Source: a virus (lineage: Duplodnaviria; Caudoviricetes). Taken from it: DNA of 64,000 bases. The translations under genes were made by a program, and so were the position numbers. This document shows positions 37,892-47,046 of this stretch, one piece after another. The notes under the pieces were generated by a model. It did no database searches and had not been told where the DNA came from. It saw nothing but the letters and a program-made list of their open reading frames with translations. The DNA lies in IMG/VR virus record IMGVR_UViG_3300032092_000001. The stretch is one strand, 5' to 3'. Each line of letters begins with the position of its first letter. Position 1 is the stretch's first letter.

Positions 37892-38167
37892 TTAATCTAA
37901 TTTCAAAGTATGTTTAACAAATTCAACAAGAGGTTTTTCATATTTAAGGTATGAATCCCAATAATCTTGTTCAAACCCAAATTCATCTATATCAGAAAAT
38001 TTTCCTTCCTTTATAAATTCTCTAACCGCATCATAAACCGAAGATTCAATATCCCCATTATATTCAATTAGCTCTGTAACATCTTCAATTAATTTATTTA
38101 AGTCTTCAATAGAAAATCTTCTACGAATAAAGGACGCCAGTTGTGAGTGATTTATAACGTATTTCAT
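37892..38167 (-). CDS. Hypothetical protein, paralogue of 41754
   Basis: MKYVINHSQLASFIRRRFSIEDL versus MKYIITESQLDTFLLRRFTMDEL. Confidence 0.7.
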   Translation of the reverse strand: MKYVINHSQLASFIRRRFSIEDLNKLIEDVTELIEYNGDIESSVYDAVREFIKEGKFSDIDEFGFEQDYWDSYLKYEKPLVEFVKHTLKLD

Positions 38168-38244
38168 ATTACAATAAATATAAAAAATTCCCAAAAATTT
38201 TTTTCCACACATGACCCTTCATTTACAGATAGGGGGTCATGTTT

Positions 38245-38505
38245 TCAAAAACTAATATTACCATATATCCTTCTATATTCATCCAAATCCTTTTTCACAT
38301 TGATAACATACTCCTTGAAGTTAATCTTCTCATCAAACCTAAACCTTTCATTCTCCTTATCTCTTTGAAGTAGATTAATAATGGAATCATCAATCTCAGA
38401 TAATATCTCCCTATATATTCTTTCCCTATCAATACACTCCTTTAACTCTGATTTTAAACCAAAGATTTCACCCTCAAGTTCCTGTATTCTTTCCTTGTCT
38501 TCCAT
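38245..38505 (-). CDS. Coiled-coil protein (host-type promoter)
   Basis: Start MEDKERI; TATCTTTG at 38512-38519 and TTTG 20 nt further upstream. Confidence 0.65.
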   Translation of the reverse strand: MEDKERIQELEGEIFGLKSELKECIDRERIYREILSEIDDSIINLLQRDKENERFRFDEKINFKEYVINVKKDLDEYRRIYGNISF

Positions 38506-38660
38506 AATATACAAAGATAGTAAAATTCCCAAAATTTTCCAAAAATTTATTTTTACTTTTACCACGCTTTTATATATGAAGGGGTCGTGTTCCATAAAAA
38601 AGAAACCCCCTGAATAAATCCAAGGGGTCAGTCCAACAATACTATCATTGGAGAGGAATA

Positions 38661-38951
38661 TTATATATAATTAACGTCGTGTGGACCCAAACCTTTACCC
38701 CATCCTTGTGGAGCAACAATGAAAATAATCTGTTTACCATCAGAGATTAATGAAACATTCCCCTTTGTATAATATTGGTAACCTGTATATTTTTCTATTA
38801 ATTTATTCACCACATCTCTTTGTTTCCCTGTTAATTTATTAACATCACCCAAAACATATCCTTTCTTAATAAGAATATCATTTTGTTCCGAAATAACCCT
38901 TTTAACTATTTTAACTAAATCCGATTCCGTTAATCTTACAACTTTTTTCAT
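38661..38951 (-). CDS. RLTESDL-leader protein
   Basis: MKKVVRLTESDLVKIVKRVISEQ. Confidence 0.75.
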   Translation of the reverse strand: MKKVVRLTESDLVKIVKRVISEQNDILIKKGYVLGDVNKLTGKQRDVVNKLIEKYTGYQYYTKGNVSLISDGKQIIFIVAPQGWGKGLGPHDVNYI

Positions 38952-39064
38952 AATATATAATGTTTACTATAAATACAAAAAATTTCCAAAAATTTATTTT
39001 TCATATATAGTAAACATTTTAAAACAAGGGGTCCCTTTTTTATAAATTTTTTTCCAGGATTTTT

Positions 39065-39212
39065 TAGAGGGGATTAACCCCCCTTTCTACCCCAAAAAAC
39101 CCCTATAAAAGGGGGGATACGGGAGGGGGGACCCCCTATGTGGGGATATAAGGGGAGGGGTACCCATATATAGGGGGGAGTGTTAATAACTTTTCATAAC
39201 TCCTCCCCCCAC
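39065..39212. other. G/C-tract palindrome cluster (non-coding)
   Basis: GGGGATTAACCCC, CCCCTATAAAAGGGG, GGGGGACCCCC, GGGTACCC and several G5-G7 runs in an AT-rich genome. Confidence 0.7.
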
Positions 39213-39219
39213 GTGTTAA

Positions 39220-39495
39220 TTACTTTTTAGATAGTTCAAATAGTAGGAAGTCAATCTCATCCTTCTCCACATAACCTTTCACATCATCGTGGTCAGATAG
39301 TTTAATCCACTCACTTGAGTCGGTATACCATGCAGCCACTTCAAAGGTATCTATACCATCACCATATAATGTTGAACCACCGACAATAGATACAGTAATG
39401 TTGTTGGGGAGATTAAGTAATCCCTGAACACCACCCTTCACAACTCTGTGGGGTTTGAATTCTATATCCTTAAATGTTAGGGGTCTTACTTTCAT
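39220..39495 (-). CDS. Hypothetical protein (host-type promoter)
   Basis: 91-aa ORF, TATATTTG at 39501-39508. Confidence 0.7.
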   Translation of the reverse strand: MKVRPLTFKDIEFKPHRVVKGGVQGLLNLPNNITVSIVGGSTLYGDGIDTFEVAAWYTDSSEWIKLSDHDDVKGYVEKDEIDFLLFELSKK

Positions 39496-39500
39496 GGATA

Positions 39501-39584
39501 CAAATATACAACAATATTATTCCCCCACCAAAAAAATACATACAAAAATAAATTTGTTTATATAGATTATTCTTCATATCTTTG
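39501..39584. promoter_or_regulatory. Back-to-back divergent Bacteroidota sigmaA promoters
   Basis: Minus: TATATTTG 39501-39508 with TTTG at 39529-39532. Plus: TTTG 39553-39556 with TATCTTTG 39577-39584. Both have 20-nt spacers. Confidence 0.75.
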
Positions 39585-39906
39585 TGATGGTGCTTTATAT
39601 TTTCCCTTTGTCTTGGGGGACAACTTTATAGTATAAGGCAGGTTGGAGTATACTCGGTCCCGATGTTATCGTTACAATAGTACAAAGGTACGGTGAACTT
39701 TTTTAATATCCTATTTTTTTGTTTCATATTTTTGTTGTACCTTAGCTCTAACGTACTTCATAATGATGAGGGGATAAAGGGCTGCTGTCTGTAAGATAGT
39801 TGGAGTGTGTACTCCACCCTGCTTAATTAAAAAATAAATAAGATTTTTCTTGTGTATAAGGAATCCCCGCCGTATATTTGTAAAACAATCAAACACCACT
39901 ACTACC

Positions 39907-40326
39907 ATGAAAATCACCCAAGATAAGAAGTCAACCAAGTTAGTTAAGAAGTTCTTACAGAAGACCAACTCCTTAATCATCAAAGATACATGGCATGGTT
40001 TCGGTGATGTATCAATCCGTGTTGTATCAGTTGGGGAAACCGACAAATACAGTTGGAAGGACCAACAGTATGGTCGTGTGTTGAACATTGAGATAACCAT
40101 GAAGAAGACGGGTTACCACTTCAGTGAAAACAGAATCCCATCCAAGTATGCTTGGGGAGAAACTCAAATAGCTTTCTACAAAAAGAGAAAGTCCAATGTT
40201 GAGTATAACTTCACCAAGACAATTCAGAAAACCAAAATCCCCGTGTTCTTCACAATGGCAGGAATTCCTACCCCAAGATATGGTGAGGACTTCATGGGTA
40301 AAGTATCATTCAAATATATTGACTAA
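39907..40326 (+). CDS. Basic hypothetical protein (host-type promoter)
   Basis: Start MKITQDKK, TATATTTG at 39873-39880. Confidence 0.7.
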   Translation: MKITQDKKSTKLVKKFLQKTNSLIIKDTWHGFGDVSIRVVSVGETDKYSWKDQQYGRVLNIEITMKKTGYHFSENRIPSKYAWGETQIAFYKKRKSNVEYNFTKTIQKTKIPVFFTMAGIPTPRYGEDFMGKVSFKYID

Positions 40327-40327
40327 T

Positions 40328-40720
40328 ATGAAACTAAAAGATAAGTGCAACAAATACACAACCCCTGAGCTTAGAAAGATGGGGATTAAAGTTCTATCTC
40401 TTGTTAGAAAGAAACTTGGTCATGGAAACAAACCTGTCCCCAAGTTTAAAATTAACAATGGGTTATCCCATTCATATGGTTGTTATGATTATGACTATAC
40501 CATTACAATCAACCCCTCAAATTGTGGTACCATGGAAATGTTCGTGAGAACAATCATTCATGAATATACTCACCACATACAGAAGGGGTTAAAAAGAAAC
40601 TACACCTCATCCGTTAATCGTGATGGATATTATGATTCCCCCTTTGAAGTGGAAGCTAGAGGAAATGAAAAAAAGTATAAGAGTGTTATTTGGAAAGAAT
40701 TTAAACAATCAGTGTCTTAA
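40328..40720 (+). CDS. Zincin-like (HExxH) protein
   Basis: RTIIHEYTHHIQ...PFEVEAR. Confidence 0.65.
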   Translation: MKLKDKCNKYTTPELRKMGIKVLSLVRKKLGHGNKPVPKFKINNGLSHSYGCYDYDYTITINPSNCGTMEMFVRTIIHEYTHHIQKGLKRNYTSSVNRDGYYDSPFEVEARGNEKKYKSVIWKEFKQSVS

Positions 40721-40958
40721 CATAAGTGGTGATTGTAACAAGTGGACTCTCTTCCCCCTTGAATAATTCTGAATAATCAGGGGATAATTTATAACTCCTT
40801 AGTATATACTGACTACCTTGAAGAGGGGTTTTCATCTGTATAAACTCCATTGTCCCCACCTTCTTACCCTCATAGTATAGATGTACCACCTTAAAGTCCC
40901 TTAAAGTGTCAGTCATTATCCTTGTGTTTTTTAATACAATGTCCACTGTTGGTATCAT
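40701..40958 (-). CDS. Hypothetical protein
   Basis: 85-aa ORF; moderate support. Confidence 0.45.
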   Translation of the reverse strand: MIPTVDIVLKNTRIMTDTLRDFKVVHLYYEGKKVGTMEFIQMKTPLQGSQYILRSYKLSPDYSELFKGEESPLVTITTYVKTLIV

Positions 40959-41753
40959 AAGGGGTAATTGTTAATAACTTTATTTGTTAAAAAACTTGAT
41001 TTTGTCAAAATGTCAGGGGAGCGTCAGATGGGGGATGGTCCCTTTCACCACTTTTAGACATATTAACTATAATAAATATCCCCCATATTGTCTATAATAT
41101 AGGTGTATTAAATTTACCACTTTTTCCCACTGACGTATATGTGAGAGGGGTTTTTGATTATATAAAAAGTGAAAAAAGTGGTCCTGTAGATAGCGTCAGA
41201 GGGGTTTTTTTTACTATATAGATATTCCAGATAAAAAAAGAGTATGTTAATAAATGAGCGTGGACAGACTTTAGTCGTTACAATCTTCAACGAAAAAAGG
41301 GATTTTATTGTGTCTTCAAGGGGGTTTTTCATATTACCCCTTTCAAATATAGACACATTATATGGACAATTATAGTGGTGGTAAAAAGTGGGACATAATG
41401 AGTCATATAACGGATAAACCTGTAGGTTTATGTTCCCTATAAGTCACATTGTCCCTTACGTATTCCACCATTTATATATGGGGAATGAATAACATCACCT
41501 ATCATATACTCATTCATTTATACCTGTAGGTATAATACCTTTTAGTATATAGAATGATTATTCACATATGGAACTATAATGTCCCCTTATACTATGTGTC
41601 TTTCATTAGGGGTTCTTATATATGGGGGAAATTAGGAAGTAAATAAACGAATGTACCCATTAGTGTAATGGACCGAAGGGGAATGGAACGACACGATAGT
41701 GGAATGGGGGAGTGAGTTTATTTAGTTCGTAATTTCATTATATTTATTATCAT

Positions 41754-42032
41754 ATGAAATACATTATCACAGAATCACAGTTAGATACATTTTTACTTAG
41801 GAGGTTTACAATGGATGAATTGGAATCACTTAGGGATGATTATAACTATATTATGGATGACGAAGATTTTGAAGACTCTGCCGATAGAGATGACTACGCT
41901 TATGAACTACTTGAAAAGTTCATTGATAGACATAGAAGTGAGGAGTTTTTACAATATGATAATGACACTGAATTCTATGAAAACCGTGCCGATTATATTA
42001 GGGCGTTACTTAAATTCTTACATTCTAATTAA
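41754..42032 (+). CDS. ITESQ-leader acidic protein
   Basis: MKYIITESQ; TATTTAT at 41741. Confidence 0.75.
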   Translation: MKYIITESQLDTFLLRRFTMDELESLRDDYNYIMDDEDFEDSADRDDYAYELLEKFIDRHRSEEFLQYDNDTEFYENRADYIRALLKFLHSN

Positions 42033-42048
42033 TTAATATTTATATATA

Positions 42049-42402
42049 ATGAAATACCTTATCACCGAATCACAAATTGATAGAGTAGTGTCCATATACT
42101 TGAATAATCAGGACTTTGTGATATATGACAACAAGAAGAAATTCAATAATTATATATATTTCTTAAACAGTGAGTCAGATAGGGAATCGCAGATTAGTGT
42201 TTATACTAACAACGCTTTTGGTGAAGTTAGGAATTGGGTGTTTGTAAATTCTGATTTGATTGAGGAATTATCTACCTTCTTCTCCATAGATAGATTGGAT
42301 TGTTTGAATATAATCAAAATGTGGGTTAATAATACTTTGGGTATTAGTGATAGTACGATTTGGGATGGTCCATATGATTACAGATTAATGGTTAACGAAT
42401 AA
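42049..42402 (+). CDS. ITESQ-YLDNQDF family paralogue 1
   Basis: MKYLITESQID...YLNNQDF...WVNNTL. Confidence 0.8.
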   Translation: MKYLITESQIDRVVSIYLNNQDFVIYDNKKKFNNYIYFLNSESDRESQISVYTNNAFGEVRNWVFVNSDLIEELSTFFSIDRLDCLNIIKMWVNNTLGISDSTIWDGPYDYRLMVNE

Positions 42403-42812
42403 TGAAAGTAATAATCACTGAAAGTCAAGGTAAGAAAACTCTTAAACCATTATTGGCGAAATTTGGTATGCGTACTCTGTGTAAAATGACAGGTAAGTCA
42501 GTTAAAGATGTTATTAATGAAGCAGGTATTAAGGGAACTAAAGAAGATATTATCTTTCTAACAAAAACTATAATTGAGAATGACCTCTCATCCGTCTTAA
42601 CATATTGTAATTATAATATCATACCCACTCAGTACTCTATGGATTTGGTTGTCTATATACCTAAGCCGGCTCCTGAAAATGTGGGAAGGTATATGTTTGA
42701 CCAAGGTACAAGGAATGTGTATAGAGATGCTATCTCCGAGGCTTTATATAAATTAGGTGGCGGTTTAATTAAAGGTCATAATATTGAGGTTCATAATACA
42801 GGTAACTGTTAA
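42402..42812 (+). CDS. ITESQ-leader protein
   Basis: MKVIITESQ. Confidence 0.75.
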   Translation: MKVIITESQGKKTLKPLLAKFGMRTLCKMTGKSVKDVINEAGIKGTKEDIIFLTKTIIENDLSSVLTYCNYNIIPTQYSMDLVVYIPKPAPENVGRYMFDQGTRNVYRDAISEALYKLGGGLIKGHNIEVHNTGNC

Positions 42813-42828
42813 CTAATATTTATATATA

Positions 42829-43161
42829 GTGAAATATCTTATAACCGAATCACAGATAGACAAAGTAATCTTTAGGTACTTGGACAATCAGGACTTTATT
42901 CCAATAGAAAAGGGTGATAATATATACTTTGTAAATTCAGAAGGAGATGAATATGCTCAAATCAGATATGATAAAGATGATGGTTGGTGTTATATATCTT
43001 GGAAGTTAGTTAATGAAATTTATTCTTTCTTTTCTTTGGAAGAATATGATTCCGAACAAGTTATTGGTAGGTGGGTTGAGAATACCCTACAGATGAGGGT
43101 CACTGACACCGTGCCCATTTTTAATCCGGATAATCCTTCGTTGATAATACCCTCTAACTAA
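42829..43161 (+). CDS. ITESQ-YLDNQDF family paralogue 2 (GTG start)
   Basis: MKYLITESQIDKVIFRYLDNQDF...WVENTL...IPSN. Confidence 0.8.
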   Translation: MKYLITESQIDKVIFRYLDNQDFIPIEKGDNIYFVNSEGDEYAQIRYDKDDGWCYISWKLVNEIYSFFSLEEYDSEQVIGRWVENTLQMRVTDTVPIFNPDNPSLIIPSN

Positions 43162-43873
43162 TAGTAATAATCTTCCACTCCCCATTGTAATCTTCCACAA
43201 GACAAGTGGAGTTCTCACAAAAATCACCTGAATTCATATAGTCATTCTCTAACTTCGGATGATGAATATGTCCACACACCGCAACATCATATCCCTTCTG
43301 TTTCGTTAACCCTTTTGCGTTTTCCTCAAAATCAGATACAAAGTTAATTGCCCCTTTAACAGATTGCTTTATTGTGTTTGCCAGTGAATGATATGGTAAG
43401 TTAAACCACTTTCTTATTTTGTTGTATAGGGTATTAAACTTAATGACAATATCATATGACCATCCACCAATTACTGCTAACCATCTTGCTTCCATTATAA
43501 CGAAATCCAACACATCCCCGTGAAAACAAAAGTATGTTCTCCCATCTATTCCTTCGTGCACATATTTCCTCACAATCCTTATATTGTTTAACTTAAACGG
43601 AATGAAATCTTTTAGGAAGTCATCGTGGTTTCCCCTTATATAAATCACCTTTGTGTCCTTCTCTGACATCTTCATAAACTTCCTGAATATCTTGGTGCAA
43701 TCCTTTGTCCATTTACCATTCCCCTTTAATGCCCAACCATCTATTATATCTCCGTTTAATATTAACTTATCCGCTTGGTTTTCCTCTATGAACTTTATTA
43801 TCTTATCCGTTTGTGATTGTCTTGCACCCAAATGTAAATCACTCATTATGATTGTTCTGTATCTCATTTCCAA
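43154..43873 (-). CDS. Calcineurin-like metallophosphoesterase, UDP-2,3-diacylglucosamine hydrolase (LpxH)-like
   Basis: SDLHLG, GDIIDG, GNHD, HGD, GHIH, NSGDF. Confidence 0.8.
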   Translation of the reverse strand: MEMRYRTIIMSDLHLGARQSQTDKIIKFIEENQADKLILNGDIIDGWALKGNGKWTKDCTKIFRKFMKMSEKDTKVIYIRGNHDDFLKDFIPFKLNNIRIVRKYVHEGIDGRTYFCFHGDVLDFVIMEARWLAVIGGWSYDIVIKFNTLYNKIRKWFNLPYHSLANTIKQSVKGAINFVSDFEENAKGLTKQKGYDVAVCGHIHHPKLENDYMNSGDFCENSTCLVEDYNGEWKIITIS

Positions 43874-44568
43874 TATGAATTATGGTTGGAAAAATATCCC
43901 TTGTTATTTCTGTTGAAGAATGACTGTATCATTAACTTTGTCATATACCATAATCCCTTATTCTCAAATCTTCTTGGTAATGTGAATATGGTTTTCCTAT
44001 ATACCTTGAACTTATTTGTCTTTATCTGCTTTGATAGTAAGTAATCCTCCGCAACCTTTGCTTCTTCATCAAATCCATTTAGTGAATTGAATGTAGATTT
44101 CCTTATTAACATAAATCCACCGAGACAGAATGGTGTAATATATCTTGTTATTCCCTGAATTAAATCAAATGTCCTAAATACATAATTGTATTTTCCATTT
44201 GTTGTTCTTACCTTTGTTGTCAGTAAATCCAACCTTTCTTTTGTCATCATATACATGCACTCTTGTAACAAGTTTGTGTCAAGTATCATCATGTCCGCAT
44301 CCATAAACAATACAAACGGAGTTTCAGCTCGTTCTGCCCCGTTATTTCTTGCTTTGCTAGGTAATCCACCCTGAATGATGTCAAGATTGAAATAATCCCT
44401 GTTTCTGTTCTCCAAATGGTATGTTGTTCCATCATCCGATGAGTCGGAAACAATAACCTTAACTCCGTCAATACCATTTTGGAAATTTAATAGTGTTATA
44501 GTTTGATTGATAGTTATCCCCTCGTTCTTACAAGGTATAACAATGGTTAATAACTTTGATAGTTCCAT
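43864..44568 (-). CDS. Glycosyltransferase family 2
   Basis: IVIPCKNE, VSDSSDDGT, ARN.GA, FMDAD, GGFMLI..GFDE...EDY. Confidence 0.85.
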   Translation of the reverse strand: MELSKLLTIVIPCKNEGITINQTITLLNFQNGIDGVKVIVSDSSDDGTTYHLENRNRDYFNLDIIQGGLPSKARNNGAERAETPFVLFMDADMMILDTNLLQECMYMMTKERLDLLTTKVRTTNGKYNYVFRTFDLIQGITRYITPFCLGGFMLIRKSTFNSLNGFDEEAKVAEDYLLSKQIKTNKFKVYRKTIFTLPRRFENKGLWYMTKLMIQSFFNRNNKGYFSNHNSYWK

Positions 44569-44677
44569 TTATATAAGTATTGGAAGTAAAGACCAAACCA
44601 TATTATCATATTCTTATGAAATTATTAACTCAATATGTATAGTTCAATTTTATACTTATCTTTGTATTTATTATCAT

Positions 44678-44995
44678 ATGAAGATTGAGAATAAAGTTAA
44701 TGCAATTGTAAAACTAATTAATACATTATACTCACCTGACGAGATTAAAGTTAGAAAGAGTGAATATGATGATGAGATATTAATTGATGTTTACTTTTCT
44801 CATATTGATGATTCATATATAACCAACTCTGACTATTATGACCTTAAAAAATTAAAACAACAAAATTTTGAGGGTGAGATTAGAAGGACGATACAGGACT
44901 TCTTGAGTATTAAAACAAGCGGATTAAACCCACATACAGGTTTCTCCCCATACGAGGTTCACGGTATAACAATAGACGTAAGATTAACTAAATGA
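44678..44995 (+). CDS. Hypothetical protein
   Basis: Start MKIENKV after TATCTTTG and TATTTAT. Confidence 0.7.
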   Translation: MKIENKVNAIVKLINTLYSPDEIKVRKSEYDDEILIDVYFSHIDDSYITNSDYYDLKKLKQQNFEGEIRRTIQDFLSIKTSGLNPHTGFSPYEVHGITIDVRLTK

Positions 44996-45321
44996 AATAC
45001 CTTATAACAGAATCACAAATAGATAGAATAATCTTTAGGTATCTTGACAATCAGGACTTTATTCTTGTTGGTAATGGTCTCAGTTTATTTTTTATTAATT
45101 CTGAGGGTGATGAATCAGCTCAAATTAGATATAATAAAGATGATGGTTGGTGTTATATAAACCACGATTTAATTAGGGAGATTACCTCCTTCTTTTCTAT
45201 CAAATCATATGAAGCTGAAAAGATTATCAGTAAATGGGTTGAATATGTTTTGGAGATGGAAGTTACTAACATCGGTAAACCTGGATATGTGACCTCAAAC
45301 ACACTATACTATTCTATATGA
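44992..45321 (+). CDS. ITESQ-YLDNQDF family paralogue 3
   Basis: MKYLITESQIDRIIFRYLDNQDF. Confidence 0.8.
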   Translation: MKYLITESQIDRIIFRYLDNQDFILVGNGLSLFFINSEGDESAQIRYNKDDGWCYINHDLIREITSFFSIKSYEAEKIISKWVEYVLEMEVTNIGKPGYVTSNTLYYSI

Positions 45322-45629
45322 AATACCTTATAACAGAATCACAATTTGACAAAGTAATATTTAGATACTTAGACAATCAAGATTTTATTCAGATAGAAAA
45401 AGGAAATAAAATATACTTTGTAAATTCAGAAGGGGATGAATATGCTCAAATCAGATATGATAAAGAATATGGTTGGTGTTATATACATTACAAGTTAGTT
45501 GATGAAATTTCTACCTTCTTTTCTTTGGTACGAGATGATTCTAAAGAAGTTATTGGTAGATGGGTTGAGAATACCATCCAGATGAGGGTCACTCACACCA
45601 TAATATGGGTATATATCCAGGTGGAATAG
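45318..45629 (+). CDS. ITESQ-YLDNQDF family paralogue 4
   Basis: Near-copy of 42829; TAG stop lies at the end of a 30-nt spacer-like insert. Confidence 0.8.
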   Translation: MKYLITESQFDKVIFRYLDNQDFIQIEKGNKIYFVNSEGDEYAQIRYDKEYGWCYIHYKLVDEISTFFSLVRDDSKEVIGRWVENTIQMRVTHTIIWVYIQVE

Positions 45630-45663
45630 GTTGAGAATACCCTCTAACTAATATTTATATATA

Positions 45664-45996
45664 ATGAAATACCTTATAACAGAATCACAATTAGATAAAG
45701 TAATCTTTAAATACTTAGATAATCAGGACTTCATTCAGATTGAGAAGGGTGATGGTGTATACTTTGTAAATTCAGAAGGTGATGAATATGCTCAGATTAG
45801 ATATTTTAAAAAGGATAACAAATGTGTCATATATACAGGATTAATTGATGAGGTATCTTCTTTCTTTTCTATGCAAGGTTATGATGCTAGAGAAACTATA
45901 GGTAGATGGGTTGAGGAGACCTTAAAGGTAGATATTGATTATTGTTTGTGGGCATATAACATTAAATCTGAGTGGATGCAGATTCCGTCTAATTAA
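45664..45996 (+). CDS. ITESQ-YLDNQDF family paralogue 5
   Basis: MKYLITESQLDKVIFKYLDNQDF...IPSN. Confidence 0.8.
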   Translation: MKYLITESQLDKVIFKYLDNQDFIQIEKGDGVYFVNSEGDEYAQIRYFKKDNKCVIYTGLIDEVSSFFSMQGYDARETIGRWVEETLKVDIDYCLWAYNIKSEWMQIPSN

Positions 45997-46009
45997 TATT
46001 TATAATAAC

Positions 46010-46366
46010 ATGAAAGTATTAGTCACCGAATCTAAATTAAAAACATTTATTAAGAACAAATTAAATATTGACTTCACAGGCCGTGTGGAGCTTGACCCGA
46101 GCATATATAAAATACTGAATGATTTTGATTTCTATTTTACTTACGATGGTTTACGAAGAAGACAATTAGGTGATAACTATGGTCCGATGTATCTGATAGA
46201 ATTGGATGATAATCATAAGGTATTATATCAAATGAATTATAGTTCAAACCACCCATTGATTCTTGATAATAGAGGTGATGGATATGAAGAGTCCGACTTT
46301 ATGAATTTACTTGGTATCTCCGCTCTTGGGATAACATTAGAACAATTCCTTGACCTATACATATGA
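46010..46366 (+). CDS. VTES-leader protein
   Basis: Start MKVLVTESKL after TATTTAT. Confidence 0.7.
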   Translation: MKVLVTESKLKTFIKNKLNIDFTGRVELDPSIYKILNDFDFYFTYDGLRRRQLGDNYGPMYLIELDDNHKVLYQMNYSSNHPLILDNRGDGYEESDFMNLLGISALGITLEQFLDLYI

Positions 46367-46662
46367 AATACATTATAACAGAATCACGATTTGATAAAGC
46401 AGTATTTAAGTATTTGGATAATCAGGACTTTATTAAGGTTAACAAAAAAGAAAACATATTCTTTCTTAATTCTTCAGATGATAAATTATCGGATGCTCAA
46501 ATCGCATATGTTAAAACTGATGGTGAGTGTTACATAAAATATGAATTAATGGTAGAGATTTCTGATTTTTTTTCTATTGATGTATATGAGGTCAATAAAA
46601 TCATTGGTAGATGGTTTGAAGATACTCAACAAAGAAGAGTATCATCAATCCATTGGGTGTAA
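46363..46662 (+). CDS. ITESQ-YLDNQDF family paralogue 6
   Basis: MKYIITESRFDKAVFKYLDNQDF. Confidence 0.8.
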   Translation: MKYIITESRFDKAVFKYLDNQDFIKVNKKENIFFLNSSDDKLSDAQIAYVKTDGECYIKYELMVEISDFFSIDVYEVNKIIGRWFEDTQQRRVSSIHWV

Positions 46663-46674
46663 TATTTATTCTAT

Positions 46675-47046
46675 ATGAAATATATTATCACAGAATCACA
46701 ACATAAGTTAATCACCGAGCTTGAAAGAACTTGGAGAAATGTTGAGTATACTGAACAATATGAGAAACTTAAACATAAACTTGTTCCTTATTTTGAGAAG
46801 TTGGTTGACTCATATGATGAAAGTGAATTTAGAATTGGTTTATTTGATTCTGAAGGAAAACTAATGATGTTGTATATAAAACAAAGTGGTGAATTATATT
46901 ATAGTAGACACCTTGATAATATGTATGGTGACGCTTTTCCTCATCCCATTTGGCAAGTCCACGGCGATTTCATTCTATCAGATGTATTTAACATATACTT
47001 CCCCGACTATGAAGTTAAATCAGTTAAAAGTGTAACATTCTCATGA
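46675..47046 (+). CDS. ITESQ-leader protein, distant family member
   Basis: MKYIITESQHKLITE. Confidence 0.75.
   Translation: MKYIITESQHKLITELERTWRNVEYTEQYEKLKHKLVPYFEKLVDSYDESEFRIGLFDSEGKLMMLYIKQSGELYYSRHLDNMYGDAFPHPIWQVHGDFILSDVFNIYFPDYEVKSVKSVTFS

Noticed and set aside
45627-45647. TAG or TGA stop-codon reassignment (readthrough would extend paralogue 4 into VENTL)
   Set aside because: Long conserved enzymes are intact in the standard code and coding density is already near-complete; no suppressor tRNA seen.
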